DNA of 64,000 nucleotides from Candidatus Kapaibacterium sp. (GCA_039923455.1 JBDTCS010000080.1:12079-76078), one strand, 5' to 3'. Positions 37,572 through 47,875 are shown, counted from the stretch's first letter. Numbers and translations are program-made. The notes: generated from the letters alone by a model not told the origin.

Positions 37572-39812
37572 ATGAGAGTAGCAACGCTTACCTTACTTTT
37601 GCTTGTAGTATTATCCCTCACGGGCGAAGCAGCCGCGCAAACGGATAGCTTGCAAAGTCGGAGCGAGACCATCCGAGGTAAGGTGGTCAGCGTGCAATCG
37701 CACCTTCCGATACCACGCGCACGCGTGGCTATCGAAGGGACGAAGCTCGGTGCGATCGCTTCGGAAGAAGGCGAGTATCGCATTGCGAAAGTACCGGTTG
37801 GTCACTACACACTTCGCGCATCGTCGACAGGATACACGCAGGCGACGCAAGAGGTCGTTGTGCGTTCGGCACATCAAGTCGTGCTCGATTTTGAATTAGC
37901 AGAAAAAGCCGTTCAAGGTGATACGCTGACTGTTGTCGGTTCTGAAGCACTCGCTACGATCAACCGCATTGCTGTCGTCAGTGCAACACCATTCAGCGTT
38001 GAAGATGTGAACCGTTACGCTGCGGCGTTTCAGGATCCCTCACGCATGGCGGAGAATTTTGCAGGAGTCTTTGGTCGAGGTACGTCCAACAATTATATCG
38101 TTGTGCGTGGTGGATCGCCGAGTGAGTTGCTTTGGCGATTGGATGGTATTGATATACCAAATCCGAATCACTTCGGTAAAAGCGGATCGAGTGGCGGACT
38201 GATCAGCGCGATCAATAGCGCAACACTTGGGAACAGCGATTTTTTTACGGGCGCATTCCCAGCCGAATACGGCACACGACTCAGTGCGGTCTTTGATCTA
38301 CACACGCGTAACGGCAATACCGAACGACCTGAAGGCCGAGCGGAGATCAGTTTGAATGGGCTGGAAGCTTTAGGTGAAGCACCGCTTCCGGGTATTGCGG
38401 GCGGTTCGGTACTTGTGGGCTATCGCCACTCGACGCTTAGCGTGCTGCGTCAGATCGGACTCTTGAACTATGAAAAGCTTCCGAACTTTGATGATGCCTC
38501 GATGAAGCTACATGTTCCGATCGGTAGTTACGATGAGATTAATGGCACCGGATTATGGGGCACCGCAGCTCTGGACATAAAGAACAGCACGGATCAAGAG
38601 CTCGGTGCGGGCTCCGGAATTCTGGTGGGTGGTCTCGATTGGCAGCACATTTTTTCTTCTGAGGTAATAAGTCATTTGCGGATTAATCACGTCGAGAATA
38701 GATTTGATGAAGGGTTGGGTGACGGAACAGAGCGGACCAAGATAGCTTACAATACTGCAAAAGCGGAGCTCACGTTCACACCGAGTCTCGTGCATAGTTT
38801 TGAGATCGGCGCAACTGCACAGCACGCAATATTTGATCTGAGTCAGAGTGGTGCGCGTGTCTTTGACACCTCGCAGCATGCCAACTTTTACATGGCGTAT
38901 CTAAATTGGAATTGGCACGTGCTTCCGCAACTCACGCTCAATTCCGGAATCTACAGCCAATTTATTTCTCTGGATACCGGCAGTTCTTATGAGCCACGCG
39001 TTTCTCTGGAATGGGCACCGAGTGAGGAACATGCATTCGCGATTGCGTTCGGAGTGCATCGTCAGCCGGAGCCAATCGAGTTCACGCAAGCGCTGCATTA
39101 TGTCGCAGGTTATACCTATCGACCTGAACCAGACTTAATGCTTAAGGCAGAAGCATACCTGAAAGATTATTCTCATGTTCCCGTGCATCGGTACTCGCTG
39201 GATAGTTACTCATATCTCAACGAAGGATTTGCACAACGAAGGGATAACGCAAGCACGATAAGCACCGGCGTTGGGCGAGCATACGGTGCGGAGTTCACGC
39301 TGCTCAAACATTATGCTTCAGGTTATTATGTTACAGCAACGGCATCGCTTGTCCGGCAGGAGTTTGCAGGTTCGGATAACATCTGGCACTTTGGTTCATT
39401 CGACAATCGGTATATCCTAAATCTTGTTTCGGGTTATGATATTGCGCTCAGCACATCATCGACGCTCACACTTAGCGAAAAATTTACTGTCGCCGGTGGC
39501 GGAATGTACACACCGATCGATCTCGTCGCTTCACAAACGATTGGCCGAGAGGTCGCGGATTCCAGCAACGCTTATGGTGCGCGCAATCCCGCATACGTAC
39601 GTCTTGACGTGAACGCGGAATTCAGATTCAATTGGAGCGCCTCCGCACTCACGCTCTATGTGTCGATACTGAATGCACTGAATATTAAGAATATCACCAG
39701 CCGCTACTACGAGGAGACATTCGATCCGATCCGTGGAGGTGTGATCGGCAGCATTCATGAAGATTCGGATCTGCCTATTCTCCCAATCGTTGGAATTCGA
39801 TTCGAATTCTAA
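37572..39812 (+). CDS. TonB-dependent receptor-like outer-membrane protein with an N-terminal CarboxypepD_reg-like domain
   Basis: Signal peptide from the ATG at 37572. Ig-like domain (GKVVSVQSHLPIPRARVAIEGTKLGAIASEEGEYRIAKVPVGHYTLRAS), plug-like region, long barrel, terminal ...GIRFEF. Confidence 0.55.
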   Translation: MRVATLTLLLLVVLSLTGEAAAQTDSLQSRSETIRGKVVSVQSHLPIPRARVAIEGTKLGAIASEEGEYRIAKVPVGHYTLRASSTGYTQATQEVVVRSAHQVVLDFELAEKAVQGDTLTVVGSEALATINRIAVVSATPFSVEDVNRYAAAFQDPSRMAENFAGVFGRGTSNNYIVVRGGSPSELLWRLDGIDIPNPNHFGKSGSSGGLISAINSATLGNSDFFTGAFPAEYGTRLSAVFDLHTRNGNTERPEGRAEISLNGLEALGEAPLPGIAGGSVLVGYRHSTLSVLRQIGLLNYEKLPNFDDASMKLHVPIGSYDEINGTGLWGTAALDIKNSTDQELGAGSGILVGGLDWQHIFSSEVISHLRINHVENRFDEGLGDGTERTKIAYNTAKAELTFTPSLVHSFEIGATAQHAIFDLSQSGARVFDTSQHANFYMAYLNWNWHVLPQLTLNSGIYSQFISLDTGSSYEPRVSLEWAPSEEHAFAIAFGVHRQPEPIEFTQALHYVAGYTYRPEPDLMLKAEAYLKDYSHVPVHRYSLDSYSYLNEGFAQRRDNASTISTGVGRAYGAEFTLLKHYASGYYVTATASLVRQEFAGSDNIWHFGSFDNRYILNLVSGYDIALSTSSTLTLSEKFTVAGGGMYTPIDLVASQTIGREVADSSNAYGARNPAYVRLDVNAEFRFNWSASALTLYVSILNALNIKNITSRYYEETFDPIRGGVIGSIHEDSDLPILPIVGIRFEF

Positions 39813-39918
39813 AGTGCATTCCAAACAGTTTTGCACGAAAGGAGGTCTCGGTAGACAAGTACAAATTTCTTAGTATATTCGCGTTGAGTGTTGTCTCATC
39901 ACCAATTCAGAACTAAGC

Positions 39919-40320
39919 ATGATCAAGCAATTCAAATTGTTTCTCACAAGTACTAATGCCTTGGCCTTAGCCGTCGGCGTAATTATCGGCGCAGCTACAG
40001 GCAAGGTTGTCTCGGCGGTTGTCGGAGATCTCTTGATGCCGATCATTAGTCTGATCTTACCAGCCGGCGATTGGCGTAACGCAGAGTTCATCCTCAAATC
40101 GACCACGGATGCAGCTGGAAAGGTAAGTGTCACGTCGATCAAGTATGGCGATCTCGCCGGTACCGTAATTGATTTCCTAGTCATCGCGTATATCGTCTAC
40201 CTGATCGCGAAGTCATTTATTCCTAAGGTTGTTCCTGCTGCTACGAAGGTCTGCCCGGAATGTTTAGAAGTTGTACCACTCGCAGCGCGCAAGTGCAAAT
40301 CGTGTGGCTCACCGGTTTAA
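39919..40320 (+). CDS. mscL: Large-conductance mechanosensitive channel MscL with a C-terminal CxxC...CxxC zinc-ribbon extension
   Basis: MIKQFKLFL...LAVGVIIGAATGKVVSAVVGDLLMPII matches the MscL TM1 consensus. Extra tail CPECLEVVPLAARKCKSCGSPV. Confidence 0.8.
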   Translation: MIKQFKLFLTSTNALALAVGVIIGAATGKVVSAVVGDLLMPIISLILPAGDWRNAEFILKSTTDAAGKVSVTSIKYGDLAGTVIDFLVIAYIVYLIAKSFIPKVVPAATKVCPECLEVVPLAARKCKSCGSPV

Positions 40321-40341
40321 CTATGCCTCTTTAAAATGCAA

Positions 40342-40372
40342 AAGGGCCGCAACGATTGCGGCCCTTTTTTTT
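40342..40372 (+). terminator. Rho-independent terminator after mscL
   Basis: Stem gggccgcaa / ttgcggccc, then TTTTTTTTT. Confidence 0.8.
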
Positions 40373-40396
40373 CTCCCACTTATTCATTCTAATCCC

Positions 40397-42244
40397 TTAA
40401 AGCTTTTCGAGTATCGCTTCACGGATCGCGCGCTGCATTGGGGTTGCATCGGGATTCGGCTCGTAAGCGTGTGCCTCCTCTTTTGGCGAGCTTTCGCGTG
40501 CTGCATCAAGGTCAATCGTCACGTCCATCGGCTTACCGCCACGTAAAATACCAAGCTTCACGCTCTTTGCATCACCCGGACTTGTGAGCTTGTCGAGATT
40601 TTCGAGTGATAGTTTTTCGCCATTTATTGTCACGAGGTCGTCACCTGCTTGTAGACCTGCCTTCGCCAGCGCGCCCGAACTGCCAACATCGGCTAACGTA
40701 AGATTTCCTGTCGCGCTGTTGATACCAATGCGTGTGGACTGATGCAGCTTCGCACCATTCGCCGTATCGACGACGGTTTTGCGTAGTCCCATCTTTGTCA
40801 AGTATGTTTCGAGGGGCAGCGAATCTGTACCGGCAATATAGTGCGAATAAAAATCGGAAAGATCGGTACCGGAGAGTTTACTAATGTGCCCGATCAGATC
40901 AGCATCCTTAAATGTTTTGCCTTGCTTGGCTTCTTTGTTCAGTGCAAGCATGACATCATCGAGCGATTTCTTATTTTGCGTTTGCGTCCGGATTTCTATA
41001 TCAAGCAACAATCCAACCAACGGGCCCTTCGTGTAAAAGAGCTCTGCATATTCCAGATCGAAAGCGCTCTCCATGATCGAAAGCTGCTCGAGCGAATACT
41101 CTCTCGCACCTTTGGCATAAAGCATCGCATTCAACCAGTTACGAATATCATCGTAGAAATTCCATGTCGGTACGATCTTCGCGCGGGTCAGAAGTGTGTG
41201 TGCGTAATAATCGGTGATACCTTCTGCGAGCCAAAGACTTGTCGTCTTAACGCGCTCCGTATAATCAAACGGACCGAGTAGCGACGAATGAATTCGCTTC
41301 ACATTCCAAAGATGAAAAAATTCATGCGAGAGAATACTCAAGCCGAACGACTTGAAGGAATTCCACGGAAGATTCACGAGTAAATAATCGCTTGAGTTCG
41401 CATGCTCCAGAGCACCTTGTGCGCCGGAAGGCAAATTAAAAACGGTCGGTGCGTATATCAAGAATGTGTAATGCTTGAACGGAGTATCATGGAAGAACTC
41501 CGTCTCGGCACGCACAATTTGTTTTGTATATTCGGCTAAAGAATCCATCGGAAACGGACGGCTGCTCACAAGTACAACATCGTATTTTGCTGTGCCTTCA
41601 TCAAATGTGCGCGTCTGAAATTGTGGGCCCGCCATGATGGGTGCATCGACGAGTTCATCGTAGTCTTTTGCGACGAAATCAATGTGCCGAAATTCCCCGG
41701 CCTGTTCCGGCAACTTGGATGGAGCCGGGTCGAGTGCAGTAGCAAGATGCCAAGCTTCAGGCTTACTATAATGTACTGTTGCCGGCCACCCTTTGTGATC
41801 GTTCAAATACCCGAATAGACATGTTGCGTTCGCAAAAAAGAATGCCGAGTCCATGTTCGCCATACCAAAATAGAGACTCGTCGTATCCTTATGACTGTCC
41901 AGAATATCGTAGGATATCTCCGCAAGATGTTGCGCACCCGCAATCTCCCAACGATCATCGTTGATGCGCTTGATACTTAGTGCTTTGCCCTTCTCATCCA
42001 TTGCAGTAATGCCGTGCACATACAGGCCATAATGCGTGACGCTATACGCACCCGGCGCCCAGACAGGCATTTGAAACGAGGCAGTCGAAGCACCGGCACC
42101 AGTCGGACGAAGCGTGACGTGCACATAATGCTTTGCCGTTTCATGCAGATCGACTGTATAGTTCAATCGCTGAGCGCGAGTGAGGCCGTTCATCGAAACG
42201 GAGAAGAGTAGGAAAAAAGCGAGTAACTGGTACTTTGGTCTCAT
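40397..42244 (-). CDS. M61 glycyl aminopeptidase family metallopeptidase with a C-terminal PDZ domain
   Basis: HEFFHLWN (HExxH). PDZ-like GLQAGDDLVTINGEKL. Signal peptide from the ATG at 42244. Confidence 0.7.
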   Translation of the reverse strand: MRPKYQLLAFFLLFSVSMNGLTRAQRLNYTVDLHETAKHYVHVTLRPTGAGASTASFQMPVWAPGAYSVTHYGLYVHGITAMDEKGKALSIKRINDDRWEIAGAQHLAEISYDILDSHKDTTSLYFGMANMDSAFFFANATCLFGYLNDHKGWPATVHYSKPEAWHLATALDPAPSKLPEQAGEFRHIDFVAKDYDELVDAPIMAGPQFQTRTFDEGTAKYDVVLVSSRPFPMDSLAEYTKQIVRAETEFFHDTPFKHYTFLIYAPTVFNLPSGAQGALEHANSSDYLLVNLPWNSFKSFGLSILSHEFFHLWNVKRIHSSLLGPFDYTERVKTTSLWLAEGITDYYAHTLLTRAKIVPTWNFYDDIRNWLNAMLYAKGAREYSLEQLSIMESAFDLEYAELFYTKGPLVGLLLDIEIRTQTQNKKSLDDVMLALNKEAKQGKTFKDADLIGHISKLSGTDLSDFYSHYIAGTDSLPLETYLTKMGLRKTVVDTANGAKLHQSTRIGINSATGNLTLADVGSSGALAKAGLQAGDDLVTINGEKLSLENLDKLTSPGDAKSVKLGILRGGKPMDVTIDLDAARESSPKEEAHAYEPNPDATPMQRAIREAILEKL

Positions 42245-42381
42245 AACAAAAGAAAATATATGCGCAATACAGGGATGCGCAAAAATTACCGAGTGCAGAA
42301 GAGTAGCCACTACTGACGAAATAGGATCGGAAATTGTTTCAGCAATCTACCCCCGAAATGTAGTAACGTCCTAGAGCAAGA

Positions 42382-43062
42382 TTAAGAAAGTTTGGCTCCG
42401 ATGAGCGTCATGAATTCCGCCCGAGTCTGTGACTCCTTGAACGATCCAAGCATCGTGCTCGTAACCGTCAGAGAGTTTTGCTTTTCGACACCACGCATCA
42501 TCATACACATGTGCCTCGCTTCGCAAACAACTGCCACTCCTTGCGGATCAAGGTATTTTTGGATCGTGTCCGCTATTTCTCGAGTCATGCGTTCCTGTAC
42601 CTGCAATCTGCGACTGAACACGTCGACAATACGCGGTAACTTTGAAAGTCCGACGATACGGCCTTTCGGAATGTAGGCAATATGTGCACGACCGAAGAAT
42701 GGCAGCAAATGATGCTCGCACATCGAGAAGAAATCGATGTCTTTGACGATCACCATTTCGTCATACGGTTCTTCGAAGATGGCACCGTTGAGCACCTTCT
42801 CGATATCCATCGTATAGCCACTCGTCAGAAACTCCGCAGCTTTGGCAGCACGATGTGGCGTGCGTCGAAGTCCGACACGCGTCGGATCCTCTCCGATCTC
42901 TTCGAGCAATGCGTGATAGATTTTTCTCAGGGCTGGTGAGGAATCCACCTCCCCTTCAGCGGCTCCGCTAAAACACGTAGAAGATTCGATCGCATCGCGC
43001 CTCGCAGACGGGACGCCTGACATATCCTCAGAACGTGAAGGCAAAACAGTAACTGGTGCCAT
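42382..43062 (-). CDS. folE: GTP cyclohydrolase I
   Basis: [21 protein letters not shown] and [14 protein letters not shown] are FolE signatures. The track start at 43071 is TTG; the ATG at 43062 is more likely. Confidence 0.85.
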   Translation of the reverse strand: MAPVTVLPSRSEDMSGVPSARRDAIESSTCFSGAAEGEVDSSPALRKIYHALLEEIGEDPTRVGLRRTPHRAAKAAEFLTSGYTMDIEKVLNGAIFEEPYDEMVIVKDIDFFSMCEHHLLPFFGRAHIAYIPKGRIVGLSKLPRIVDVFSRRLQVQERMTREIADTIQKYLDPQGVAVVCEARHMCMMMRGVEKQNSLTVTSTMLGSFKESQTRAEFMTLIGAKLS

Positions 43063-43120
43063 ATCGGTCAAAAATAAAAGAAAAAGTTGTAAATAGCTTG
43101 TGAGTACGTATTCGCTTCGA

Positions 43121-43188
43121 TCTATTTTACCGTGCGCTCTATTTTACCGTGCGCTCTATTTTACCGTGCACTCTATTTTACGCTGCGC
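43121..43188. repeat. 17-bp tandem repeat x4 (TCTATTTTACCGTGCGC; on the queD coding strand GCGCACGGTAAAATAGA) overlapping the queD stop and lying in the folE 5' region
   Basis: Read directly: tctattttaccgtgcgc x2, tctattttaccgtgcac, tctattttacgctgcgc. The queD stop TAG (complement of 43173-43175) lies inside the last unit. Confidence 0.85.
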
Positions 43189-43643
43189 TCACTATCGAGC
43201 ATGGCTTTTTCGGAGAACTGTGGAATCCTGCCGACAGGTTCACCACGATACTCGACAAAATTATTCTCACTCTCGAATACTCTGATCGCGAACAACTTGC
43301 CATCCGTGATCGCCGGTTGCAGCATGCCCCAAAAGACGATCGCGATATTCTCGGCTGTCGGAATAATGCCTCGCAACTCCGGTACATCATGATTCAAATG
43401 CTTGTGATCGACTTTATCGATGATGTGCTCATCCATCAATCTCGATAATTTTTTTAGGTCGATGACGTATCCGGTATCTTCGTGCGGCACACCCGCTACC
43501 GTGACTTCGATAGTATAGTTGTGCCCGTGACCTCGCGGATTGTTGCACTTATCAAATATTGCCTCGTTCTGCGCTTCCGAAAAGCCGGGGTTGTAGAGGC
43601 GATGCGCCGCCGAAAAATGTGCTTTGCGTGTGACGTAAACCAT
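43173..43643 (-). CDS. queD: 6-carboxy-tetrahydropterin synthase / 6-pyruvoyl-tetrahydropterin synthase (QueD/PTPS family)
   Basis: AHRLYNPGFSEAQNEAIFDKCNNPRGHGHNY is the PTPS signature. The C-terminal about 20 aa are read-through into the repeat array. Confidence 0.8.
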   Translation of the reverse strand: MVYVTRKAHFSAAHRLYNPGFSEAQNEAIFDKCNNPRGHGHNYTIEVTVAGVPHEDTGYVIDLKKLSRLMDEHIIDKVDHKHLNHDVPELRGIIPTAENIAIVFWGMLQPAITDGKLFAIRVFESENNFVEYRGEPVGRIPQFSEKAMLDSERSVK

Positions 43644-43704
43644 AGTAACTTCCTAATTTAATAAGCTTTTGTTTTTTCACCACATCCTTTACCCGCCGTA
43701 AACG

Positions 43705-44295
43705 CTACGCCAGCACTTCGCTGAGATCCGCAAGCAAGGATGCTCGTTGCTCGTTTGTGAGTGTTGTTGAGTACGCATAATTCTTATGTCGCGAGATCAT
43801 CGTGACGGGCGCTTGCGATGAACGCATCTGCTCGACATCTGTCTCGTTCAACTGCCAGCGCAAGTATTGCACAGCGCTTATACGGTCAACCGACGATTGC
43901 GCTTCGTCGAATATTGCGGGAATCTCGTGCTCGCCGATAACAAGAAAAATAGAATTATGACCGAGCCCTACGAGCGAATCAAGGATCGGGCGAATTTGAT
44001 CTTTGTCGGTGATCTCGACAAGCAGCGTCGCCGAGAGCTCTGAATCGCCAGGTATTAGTGCATTATACACGTCCACCTCGGATTGCATTCCTTCGTCGGT
44101 AATGATGCGCTCCGTTCGAAGCATCTCTTGAATCTGAAACAGAACAGTGTTGCGATTCTCAAATATAAAAGTCATGTTTGGTCCGAGTGCAACGCGGCGA
44201 TTCTTCTTTTCCGCGATGATGCTTGTCCGGTTGTCATTCCGAATTTTTTCGTACTCGTAAATATTCTTAACGTCAGATAACTCGATTGGTCTCAT
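43705..44295 (-). CDS. DUF3501-like hypothetical protein
   Basis: 196 aa. Positional partner of the Fe-S protein below. The family assignment is from memory of this conserved gene pair and carries low confidence. Confidence 0.4.
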   Translation of the reverse strand: MRPIELSDVKNIYEYEKIRNDNRTSIIAEKKNRRVALGPNMTFIFENRNTVLFQIQEMLRTERIITDEGMQSEVDVYNALIPGDSELSATLLVEITDKDQIRPILDSLVGLGHNSIFLVIGEHEIPAIFDEAQSSVDRISAVQYLRWQLNETDVEQMRSSQAPVTMISRHKNYAYSTTLTNEQRASLLADLSEVLA

Positions 44296-44320
44296 ATTGG
44301 ATATCTCCTTTGTATTAGTA

Positions 44321-45661
44321 TTAAACTATGTTTGCTCTTTCGTGCACATGCTCCTTGAGTCCCATTGCGACGTAGAGCAGTTCGATCGGATGCAACGGAT
44401 CTTCCCCTGTGCCTTCTTCGATGTGCAAATGTGCGAGCACACAATCGCTCACGACTGTTGCTGGTCGGTTCTTCTCGATCGCGGTGAATAATTTCTTCCC
44501 CACTTCGAGCGAAATCTCATAATACTCTTTCTTCATCGACCACGATCCATCGTGCCCGGAACATTGCTGAATCATTGTGACGGTTGCTCCTGGCAAGAGC
44601 TTCAACAGTTCTCGCGATGGAAAACCGATGCTCTGAAATTTTAGATGACACGGCAGATGATACGAGATCGACTCCCCAACTGCCACCGGAAATTCGAGCT
44701 TGATCTTTTTTTGTTTATGTAGAAAAAGTAGGTACTCGCACGGATCCATTACCGCCGCCTGTATCTCCTTCGCGGCAGCCTTATCTGTCGCATAATTTTC
44801 GTACTCATCGCGTGTCATCAGCGAGCAACTTGGGCTCATCGCAATGAGCTTATATCCTCTGCGAACAACCGGCAACAATCTTGCTACGTTACGATCCACC
44901 TTTTGTGTTACAGCTTTGATATCGCCCGTGCCGAGCTCCGGCATTCCGCAACATTCCTGTTCAGGAGCCACGACTTGCACTCCGTGCTTTTCCAGCATCT
45001 CGACGTACTGCTTGCCAATCCACGGCTTGTTGTTGTTCACCATGCAGGTGTAGAAGATCGCTGCATACGCAACCGGCTCTTTGATCTCTACTTTCGGTCG
45101 GTTGTCGATCCAATCACGAAACGTATCGCCATAATATTTCGGAAGCTTTTTGTCGCGATGGATTCCGATTGTCTTTTCCATCAACATGCGAACGCTCGGG
45201 TTGTTATTCGCCCAGTTCATCACTGCCGGAATTGCAGAGCCGATCGCACCCGTTCGGTCGGCATCACCGAGAAATTCGTCCCGAATGGTTTCGCTGAGAT
45301 TTTTACCGCTCTCTTTCACATCGATCGCTTGTGCACGCAAAAGCAGCCTCGGAAAATCAAGCATGTATTCATGCGGAGGCGTATAGGGACACTTCGGATA
45401 GCAGAGCTTGCATTGATAGCAATAATCGACTACCTTTTTGTAATCCTTCTGATCAAGTTGTAAGACCGGATCGTCGCTACCATGACCTGCGGCAGTTTGG
45501 ACATTATCGATCTCTTCGAGTCGATCGAAAACGTCATTGAACGGTGGGCACAATCCATCACACAATCTGCAACCATTGCAGACATCCATCACTCTTGTGA
45601 ATTCCTGATCCAGATCTTGCTTATTCCAATAGCGCACATCGTGCGGATCAAATACCATCAT
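44321..45661 (-). CDS. (Fe-S)-binding protein, heterodisulfide reductase D / GlcF-like (two 4Fe-4S motifs plus CCG domains)
   Basis: CNGCRLCDGLCP and CYQCKLCYPKCP ferredoxin-type motifs. Cys-rich CCG-like repeats (MSPSCSLM..., YHLPCHLKFQS). Confidence 0.7.
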   Translation of the reverse strand: MMVFDPHDVRYWNKQDLDQEFTRVMDVCNGCRLCDGLCPPFNDVFDRLEEIDNVQTAAGHGSDDPVLQLDQKDYKKVVDYCYQCKLCYPKCPYTPPHEYMLDFPRLLLRAQAIDVKESGKNLSETIRDEFLGDADRTGAIGSAIPAVMNWANNNPSVRMLMEKTIGIHRDKKLPKYYGDTFRDWIDNRPKVEIKEPVAYAAIFYTCMVNNNKPWIGKQYVEMLEKHGVQVVAPEQECCGMPELGTGDIKAVTQKVDRNVARLLPVVRRGYKLIAMSPSCSLMTRDEYENYATDKAAAKEIQAAVMDPCEYLLFLHKQKKIKLEFPVAVGESISYHLPCHLKFQSIGFPSRELLKLLPGATVTMIQQCSGHDGSWSMKKEYYEISLEVGKKLFTAIEKNRPATVVSDCVLAHLHIEEGTGEDPLHPIELLYVAMGLKEHVHERANIV

Positions 45662-45985
45662 AGCGTTTGCCTATCTTGTCTTAACCATTGCCTATTCGTC
45701 TTCGCAACAGAGTATCCTAAAAAATACACTACCCTGCACCGCAGTAGACTTCCCTTCTTTGACTATTCTTGCGACATGGCTCGTTTGCACGAACACAACT
45801 TCGCTTGCACGATCTCAAAAGTTCAGAATTTCACGGTGCGTGTACAGGGTAGCGACGTGATATATTATTTATATGTTGAGCGAGTATACTTGCGTACTAT
45901 CCCTCCCGCGCTATGAGCTTTGGCCCATAGAACATTTTTGTGTTGTCCATATTCGCAGAACATCATCTTACACGAACACCACCCA

Positions 45986-46408
45986 TCACGCGTCGATAGT
46001 GTCGGAAGCCTTTTGGAAACGGCCGGCATGCGATTTCTCCGCGCGGGCAAGTGTCTCGAACCACTGCGCGATCTCATCGAAGCCTTCTTCACGAGCCATC
46101 TTGCTGAAGCCCGGGTACATTTCCGTGTACTCGTAGGTTTCACCGGCGATAGCCGATTGAAGATTAATCGCAGTATCGCCCACCGGCAAACCGGTTGCTG
46201 GGTCACCGACCTCTGAAAGGAATTCCATGTGACCGAACGCATGCCCTGTTTCGCCTTCTGCCGTATCACGGAACACACCAGCGATATCCGGATAGCCTTC
46301 GATGTCGGCCTGACGTGCAAAATAAAGATAACGTCGGTTCGCCTGCGATTCGCCGGCAAAACCTTCCTTCAGATTCTCGAATGTCTTTGATCCTTTGAGA
46401 GTTGCCAT
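45986..46408 (-). CDS. Rubrerythrin-family diiron protein (ferritin-like domain only)
   Basis: [33 protein letters not shown] and [12 protein letters not shown] (E-x2-H diiron ligands). AAGGAG RBS 8 nt upstream. Confidence 0.8.
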   Translation of the reverse strand: MATLKGSKTFENLKEGFAGESQANRRYLYFARQADIEGYPDIAGVFRDTAEGETGHAFGHMEFLSEVGDPATGLPVGDTAINLQSAIAGETYEYTEMYPGFSKMAREEGFDEIAQWFETLARAEKSHAGRFQKASDTIDA

Positions 46409-46455
46409 ATTCTTTTTTACTCCTTGAAAAACGTGAAATGAATGTTAACTAAAAT

Positions 46456-46512
46456 CTATCTTTCTGCCTATCTGTCTTTCTGACTATCTATCCTTCTGCC
46501 TATCTATTCTAC
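46456..46512. repeat. Degenerate 12-16-bp direct repeats (CTATCT(N)TTCTGC x4) in the rubrerythrin upstream region
   Basis: ctatctttctgc ctatctgtctttctga ctatctatccttctgc ctatctattctac, read directly between the glycosyltransferase stop and the rubrerythrin start. Confidence 0.5.
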
Positions 46513-47873
46513 TACACTTTGTTGCTTAGCTGGGCAAGCCGCTTGGATCGCCACGTGTTGATCAACCCGTCAACACCAAACACGACGATCGGGAAGTATA
46601 GCCCTTCTAATAGTATCTGAATCCGTGGCAATGAAAAAAAAGCCATCACCAGAAGTGTATACCCGATGCACCACAATCCGATCAATTGAATTCCGACGAT
46701 CTGCGGTGAAGCTAAGCGTGCACGGCTCTTTCGCAGGCGCACACATCCATAAATTAGCAACCCAAGCGTGGGCAAATAAATCAGCACGTAAGCTGGCGTT
46801 CTTGCGGCCGCACTATACCAATCAATACCCCACAACAACACCGCTTTTTTCCACGCAAGTACGAACGCATCAACCGGATTTGCTTTGATCCATTCAGAAG
46901 AAGCTTGCGCATTAAATGCAGCATACCTTGCCTCAATGTCCTTTTCGACGATGCCATTCGGTAGAATGATATTCCACATCGAGTCGGTGGTCCAGATAGC
47001 TTGTCCGTGCTCATCCCATGAACTACCTGTTGCGCCGGGATGATTGCCTCTCCAAAAATTAAAACTGCCGCTCGAACTTCCCGGAATCAGTTTGTGAAAC
47101 ACCTGATAATTTCGAATCGTCCACGGCGCGAGCACACAAACCATCGCAATCAGAGTGACTACAATACTTGATTTGAATTTCCGAATTAAGTCACGCTCTC
47201 GATACCCGATGAATGTGATCGTGAGCACCACAAATGCAGGTGACTCCGCACGAAAATATCCGAGCAGCCCTGCAACCACGCCCCATTGCAGCGCCGCTTG
47301 CATAACGCCGTTTCCACTGCGAATGCGCTCGATCAATCGCAGCGAGCACAACATCAAGAGTGCATTTAAAAAGAGAACGGGCGTAGCAACTCCAAATGTT
47401 GTTACTGCAAATACGAATGGCGGATAGATCGCTGCGAGCCACAGCCCAAGTTTCTCGATACGCGAATCGCTAAAGAGTCGATCTAAGATTCTGCCGATCA
47501 GGTAAACGAACAGCACCGCAAGAATAACTTGCTCGAGGTATATGGCGATGTAACCGAAAAGATTATCACCGAATAGAAAAAGTCCAACCGATTGTAGTAG
47601 CACTTCGCCGGGTGGCATGAATGCTGTCGGAAGTGTAACCTTTGGCAACCCTCCGACCCACCATGTGTACGAGTACCCTTCGCCATGTATTAAGTGGCGC
47701 GCAATATCACCATATTCCCAAAGATTTGGATTGGTGATATGAGCAAATGTCATCGCACCCACTCTTACAATAAACGCAACCAACAACGGAATACCATAGC
47801 CCGCCGGAAGCAGCGTGCGCTTTGGCGTCGAAGGGTGCATTGTAGTCATCGATGGATTCGAACTTCGTGGCAT
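46512..47873 (-). CDS. Polytopic membrane protein, putative GT39/GT83-type (ArnT/PMT-like) glycosyltransferase
   Basis: About 12 transmembrane helices. N-terminal loop with DIARHLIHGEGYSY, resembling PMT_2/ArnT-like family glycosyltransferases. Assignment is tentative. Confidence 0.5.
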   Translation of the reverse strand: MPRSSNPSMTTMHPSTPKRTLLPAGYGIPLLVAFIVRVGAMTFAHITNPNLWEYGDIARHLIHGEGYSYTWWVGGLPKVTLPTAFMPPGEVLLQSVGLFLFGDNLFGYIAIYLEQVILAVLFVYLIGRILDRLFSDSRIEKLGLWLAAIYPPFVFAVTTFGVATPVLFLNALLMLCSLRLIERIRSGNGVMQAALQWGVVAGLLGYFRAESPAFVVLTITFIGYRERDLIRKFKSSIVVTLIAMVCVLAPWTIRNYQVFHKLIPGSSSGSFNFWRGNHPGATGSSWDEHGQAIWTTDSMWNIILPNGIVEKDIEARYAAFNAQASSEWIKANPVDAFVLAWKKAVLLWGIDWYSAAARTPAYVLIYLPTLGLLIYGCVRLRKSRARLASPQIVGIQLIGLWCIGYTLLVMAFFSLPRIQILLEGLYFPIVVFGVDGLINTWRSKRLAQLSNKV

Positions 47874-47875
47874 TA

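Noticed and set aside
45906-45931. Terminator for rubrerythrin (hairpin ctatgagc/gcccatag)
   Set aside because: The T-run follows the hairpin on the plus strand, the wrong orientation for the minus-strand rubrerythrin gene, and there is no plus-strand gene upstream. It is probably part of the hdrD-like promoter region.
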